DNA of 64,000 bases from Bixzunavirus cane17 (taxonomy: Duplodnaviria > Heunggongvirae > Uroviricota > Caudoviricetes), in IMG/VR virus record IMGVR_UViG_2974759174_000001; one strand, given 5' to 3'. The notes under the pieces are model-generated. The model searched no databases, was not told where the DNA came from, and saw only the letters and a list, made by a program, of their open reading frames with translations. This document shows, in pieces, positions 60,801-64,000 of this stretch. Each line of letters opens with the position of its first letter. Position 1 is the stretch's first letter. The position numbers and the translations under genes are program-made.

Positions 60801-61650
60801 TTGGGACCCGGACAAGGACGGTCCGTATCAGACCTCCAAGCGCCGGATGCAGGTGATGAAGCGCGTCTACCAGAACATGGAGGATTGGCGGGCGCAGCAG
60901 GAAGACAACGGTATGGAGCCGTTCATCACTGTCGACGGCGGGGAAGTCGTCTACTACTACGACCTGATGGTCGGCATCAACACGCTGCCTCCACGTCAAC
61001 GGGAGGCTTTTGAGCTAATCTGTCTCAAGGGTTATCCCGAGAGCGTGGCAGCGCAGATGATGATGCCTCATTCTCGGCACTCCACGATCGTCCAGCAGTA
61101 CAGTGATGAAGGTCTCAAGAAGATGATCGCGGCCTATGACGCCAAACAGGCCGGGACATGGGACCCCGAAGTCGCTCGGAAAAAGCGTCGCTCACCCACA
61201 AGGAAGAAGGAAGACGTGACCACGGTGGATACTCCGGAAGTGCCGGAGAATGCTGTCGAACAGTCCGCGAAGGCCCCACAGTCGGGACCCCGCAACTGGG
61301 ACTGGACGACTTGGTCCGAGGACCACGAGTCCTTGGCTCGATACATCACCGAGCACGGTGTCGAGATCACCCCGGCGCAGGTCAAGGCAGTGTCCTTCCT
61401 GCGGAATCCGTGGTATCAGGACCCCGCGCAGGTCGAGGAGCGCAAGCGCCGCAAGGAGCAGCGCAAGCGTGAACGCGAACAGTTCGCGAATGAGACTCCC
61501 GAACAGCGCAAGGCCCGACACCTGGCCGCTCGGAAGCTCAAGAGTCGTCAGTTGGCTGCGCAGCGGCTCAAGGAGATCGAGGACGAGATCCGTCAGCTCC
61601 GCGAGCAGGCCGGGCTCGATCCCGAGACCGGCGAACCCCTTGCGCAGTAG
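60781..61650 (+). CDS. Sigma-70 region 4-like transcription factor
   Basis: INTLPPRQREAFELICLKGYPESVAAQMM, followed by a basic coiled C-terminal domain. Confidence 0.7.
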   Translation: MGRALPSWDPDKDGPYQTSKRRMQVMKRVYQNMEDWRAQQEDNGMEPFITVDGGEVVYYYDLMVGINTLPPRQREAFELICLKGYPESVAAQMMMPHSRHSTIVQQYSDEGLKKMIAAYDAKQAGTWDPEVARKKRRSPTRKKEDVTTVDTPEVPENAVEQSAKAPQSGPRNWDWTTWSEDHESLARYITEHGVEITPAQVKAVSFLRNPWYQDPAQVEERKRRKEQRKREREQFANETPEQRKARHLAARKLKSRQLAAQRLKEIEDEIRQLREQAGLDPETGEPLAQ

Positions 61651-61701
61651 TCAGTTGTCACTAGCCACAAGTCGGCATCATGACGCGAGAAGAGCGTTTC
61701 G

Positions 61702-62016
61702 ATGTCTGTGTTGGACGATGCTGGCTTCACAGCCAGGTTGGAACAGCAATCACTGCTCGGAGGCCTCTACACCGGGGTGAAGAGCGACTTGGAAGAACTG
61801 GCTGACGCACTGTTGCGCGAGAGCCGACGCGGGGTGACCGCCCTGTCGGAGAAGAAGGACTACCTCACCAACGAGCAGTTGGCCCTGCGTCAGCAGCGTG
61901 AGGTTCTCAACGAAAACGGCTTCCCCGACCCCGCCATCCGACAGGGCCTCTACCGCCGGTCCTATAACATGAACGCAGGAAGCAGGCCCTGCAGGAAATC
62001 TACAGAGGAGTGGTAG
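61702..62016 (+). CDS. Hypothetical protein (104 aa)
   Basis: Open frame between coupled genes. Confidence 0.65.
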   Translation: MSVLDDAGFTARLEQQSLLGGLYTGVKSDLEELADALLRESRRGVTALSEKKDYLTNEQLALRQQREVLNENGFPDPAIRQGLYRRSYNMNAGSRPCRKSTEEW

Positions 62017-62019
62017 TCG

Positions 62020-62817
62020 ATGACAGCCCCGCCCAACGCACGACGAGTCCGGGGCGTCACTGCGCAGCAGGTAGAGGCCGATGTCCGGCAGGAGGTCGCG
62101 GTCATCCGCGACCAGGTGGAGCCTCAGCTCAACAACCACCGCTGCCGGATCTGCCAGCACCCGGACAGCAAGTCTCGGGTCAACACTCTGCTCGGCTACG
62201 GCCTGCGCGACTCCGAGATCCTGGAGTGCATCGCCGACATCAACGAGAAGCGGTCCAAGAACAACCGGATTACCCGCGACTCGCTGCGCAACCATAAACA
62301 GCGCCACTTCAACGTCCAGGCGTCCGCTCAGGCCGCGTATCGGCGCATCCTGGAGCGCCGTAAGGCCCAGGCCGTCGAAGAGCATGCCGACGCCTCCGGG
62401 ACGCTGCTGACCGCGATGGGCTTCCTGGAGGTGGTCGCCCATAAGGGTTTCGAGAACGCCGTCGACGAGAACACCGTCATCCCCTACACGGACGGCCTGC
62501 AGGCCCAGATCAAGCTGGAGTCCATGGTCAAGGAGGGCCAGGCCGAGGCACAGATCGCCAACATGCGCCGCGAGGTCTCGCTGCTGCAGCGCGCGGTCCG
62601 CGACGTCCTGCCCGAGGAGTACGTCAAGGCCATCCTGGACCGCATCGACGAGCTCACCGGCGAGGTGCACAACCGTGCCGACGAGGACGACGGCACCCCG
62701 ATGATCGTCGATGCCGAGGTTGTTTCCGACGATGACGACGACTTCTTCGACCAGGAGAGCGACGAGGTTGCCGCACCCATCTTCACCGCCGATGACGGCG
62801 ACTCGATCGAAGGATGA
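62020..62817 (+). CDS. Zn/HTH protein with acidic tail
   Basis: CRICQH...SLRNHKQRH. SD GAGGAG. Confidence 0.75.
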   Translation: MTAPPNARRVRGVTAQQVEADVRQEVAVIRDQVEPQLNNHRCRICQHPDSKSRVNTLLGYGLRDSEILECIADINEKRSKNNRITRDSLRNHKQRHFNVQASAQAAYRRILERRKAQAVEEHADASGTLLTAMGFLEVVAHKGFENAVDENTVIPYTDGLQAQIKLESMVKEGQAEAQIANMRREVSLLQRAVRDVLPEEYVKAILDRIDELTGEVHNRADEDDGTPMIVDAEVVSDDDDDFFDQESDEVAAPIFTADDGDSIEG

Positions 62818-63839
62818 CCCTTGTGGCCACTGAGGCAACTGAACAAATCACCAGCACCGCCGTGGAGCTCTCCGGCGTTTCCGTGGTCACCGCCACCCGC
62901 ACCATTGCCGCTCCACGTCAGGGTGTCGTCTACAACCCGACAACCTTCGCCGCTGGAGTGCCCGTCTGGGTGCATCGGCGTCACGATGGCCGCTACCTGG
63001 TGCTCTACCGGGAGTACTGGGATGCCGCTACGTCTGTCTATAACGACGGGCCAGCGCTGTTCAGCGACTACGACGCCTACACCACACCGGCCTACATCGT
63101 CGTAGATCCGGCCACCGGTGTCACTGAGGGTCCGTTCCCGCTCCCCGGCCTGACCACCCTCGACGCCGCGCACAGCCTGGACAACTACCTGTTCACCGTC
63201 GGCCACCGCGACGGCGAGCCATGGATTCAGCACTGGCGGGTAGCCCGTAGCGGAGTCCTGCTGCTGCAGGGCGAGGAGCCGGTGCCCCCTCCTCTCGGCA
63301 GCGCTCTCGGGGTGTACGCCGAGCCCAACGGCACTCATGTCTGGGTGTTCGGAGAGAACGAGGACGGCCATCTGACACGGGTCCGCAAGCACTGGGGCCG
63401 GATCGGGGTGCTCAACGACCCGGTCAACCCGTGGGAGGCCGACACCGGTCGCGGTTGGTCTGCCGATCTCGACGAGAGTGCCGCGATGGGTGACTTCGGA
63501 GTCGACGGCCCGTGCAGCGTGGCCAAGTTCCGCGACCGGTTCTACCTGATGACCACTCTGGAAGAGGGCGGTCTGTGGACCGCTCAGCTCTACACCAAGC
63601 GTCCGGTCGACGCCGAGTGGCGTCCGGTCAAGGGCATCTATTCGGGCGCCGATGCGATCCCGCTCGGCGACGTCGACGCCTACATGGGCGGAGCAGCCTA
63701 CCTGCACCCGCACCTGCCGGTGGCCCGTGAGGCCCTGGCCGAGGGCGCCAGCACCGGATTCGCCTATGTCACTTCCTCCCTGGTCGACATTGACGACAAC
63801 GAAGCCATTCTCACTGAGTGGGGTATCATTTCGGTGTAA
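62814..63839 (+). CDS. Hypothetical beta-rich protein (341 aa)
   Basis: ATGA overlap, aromatic/beta-strand rich. Confidence 0.75.
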   Translation: MTLVATEATEQITSTAVELSGVSVVTATRTIAAPRQGVVYNPTTFAAGVPVWVHRRHDGRYLVLYREYWDAATSVYNDGPALFSDYDAYTTPAYIVVDPATGVTEGPFPLPGLTTLDAAHSLDNYLFTVGHRDGEPWIQHWRVARSGVLLLQGEEPVPPPLGSALGVYAEPNGTHVWVFGENEDGHLTRVRKHWGRIGVLNDPVNPWEADTGRGWSADLDESAAMGDFGVDGPCSVAKFRDRFYLMTTLEEGGLWTAQLYTKRPVDAEWRPVKGIYSGADAIPLGDVDAYMGGAAYLHPHLPVAREALAEGASTGFAYVTSSLVDIDDNEAILTEWGIISV

Positions 63840-63891
63840 AGTGATGTTACAGTCCAACCACAATCACACCCACACCCTCTAGGAGCATCTG

Positions 63892-64000
63892 TTGGCCTCC
63901 ACCATTGCTGAAGTCCAAGACCGTCTGAGCGGCACCACCGAGGAGTCCATCGAGATCTCCCTGGGCGACCTCAAGGTCGACGAGGAGTCGCGCCAGCTCA
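63892..64000 (+). CDS. 5' end of a gene running off the window (MASTIAEVQDRL...)
   Basis: TGnTACAGT extended -10, CA-rich leader, AGGAG SD, TTG start. Confidence 0.65.
   Translation, partial: MASTIAEVQDRLSGTTEESIEISLGDLKVDEESRQL

Noticed and set aside
27189-62005. CTACAG/CTGTAG hexamer recurring in intergenic regions
   Set aside because: A rough expectation for this 6-mer on both strands of 64 kb is about 20 copies, and it also occurs in CDS and tRNAs. No enrichment shown.

Overview
64 kb slice of a GC-rich actinobacteriophage genome with a contractile tail. Gene order and content match Bxz1-like (cluster C) mycobacteriophages; this is recognition from known architecture, not a database search. 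(1) 1-26.4 kb is the virion module: neck genes, tail sheath and tube, tail assembly chaperones with a GGGAAAA -1 frameshift, a short tape measure, a baseplate hub with two peptidoglycan-hydrolase domains, spike, wedge/J proteins and a 1267-aa tail protein. Two HNH genes and small enzyme-domain genes (GNAT, ADP-ribosyltransferase-like, ParB-like) interrupt it. (2) 26.4-28.8 kb is a divergent island of small genes with repeated promoter/leader motifs and a perfect CRP-type palindrome. (3) 28.8-36.1 kb is an array of 28 tRNAs plus tmRNA, a PTH2-like hydrolase, a serine hydrolase and an HNH gene. It also holds several unannotated tRNA-like elements that keep acceptor stems, some with CCA ends, but lack normal anticodon arms, and a CUA-anticodon tRNA that looks derived from tRNA-Arg(UCU). 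(4) 36.6-40 kb is a leftward SF2 helicase with a class 3 intein. (5) 40-64 kb is the replication/recombination module: DnaC-like loader, DnaB, primase, J-domain protein, SSB, DnaE, GGQ release-factor-like protein, RecA, Hjc-like and RusA resolvases, a Cas4-like nuclease with a second intein and a sigma-like protein, plus an aminotransferase homolog lacking its PLP lysine and an Sm/Hfq-like protein. The best candidate for an undescribed system is the tandem set of anticodon-less or degenerate tRNA mimics directly behind the peptidyl-tRNA hydrolase gene. All product calls come from motifs read by eye and from synteny; no searches were run.
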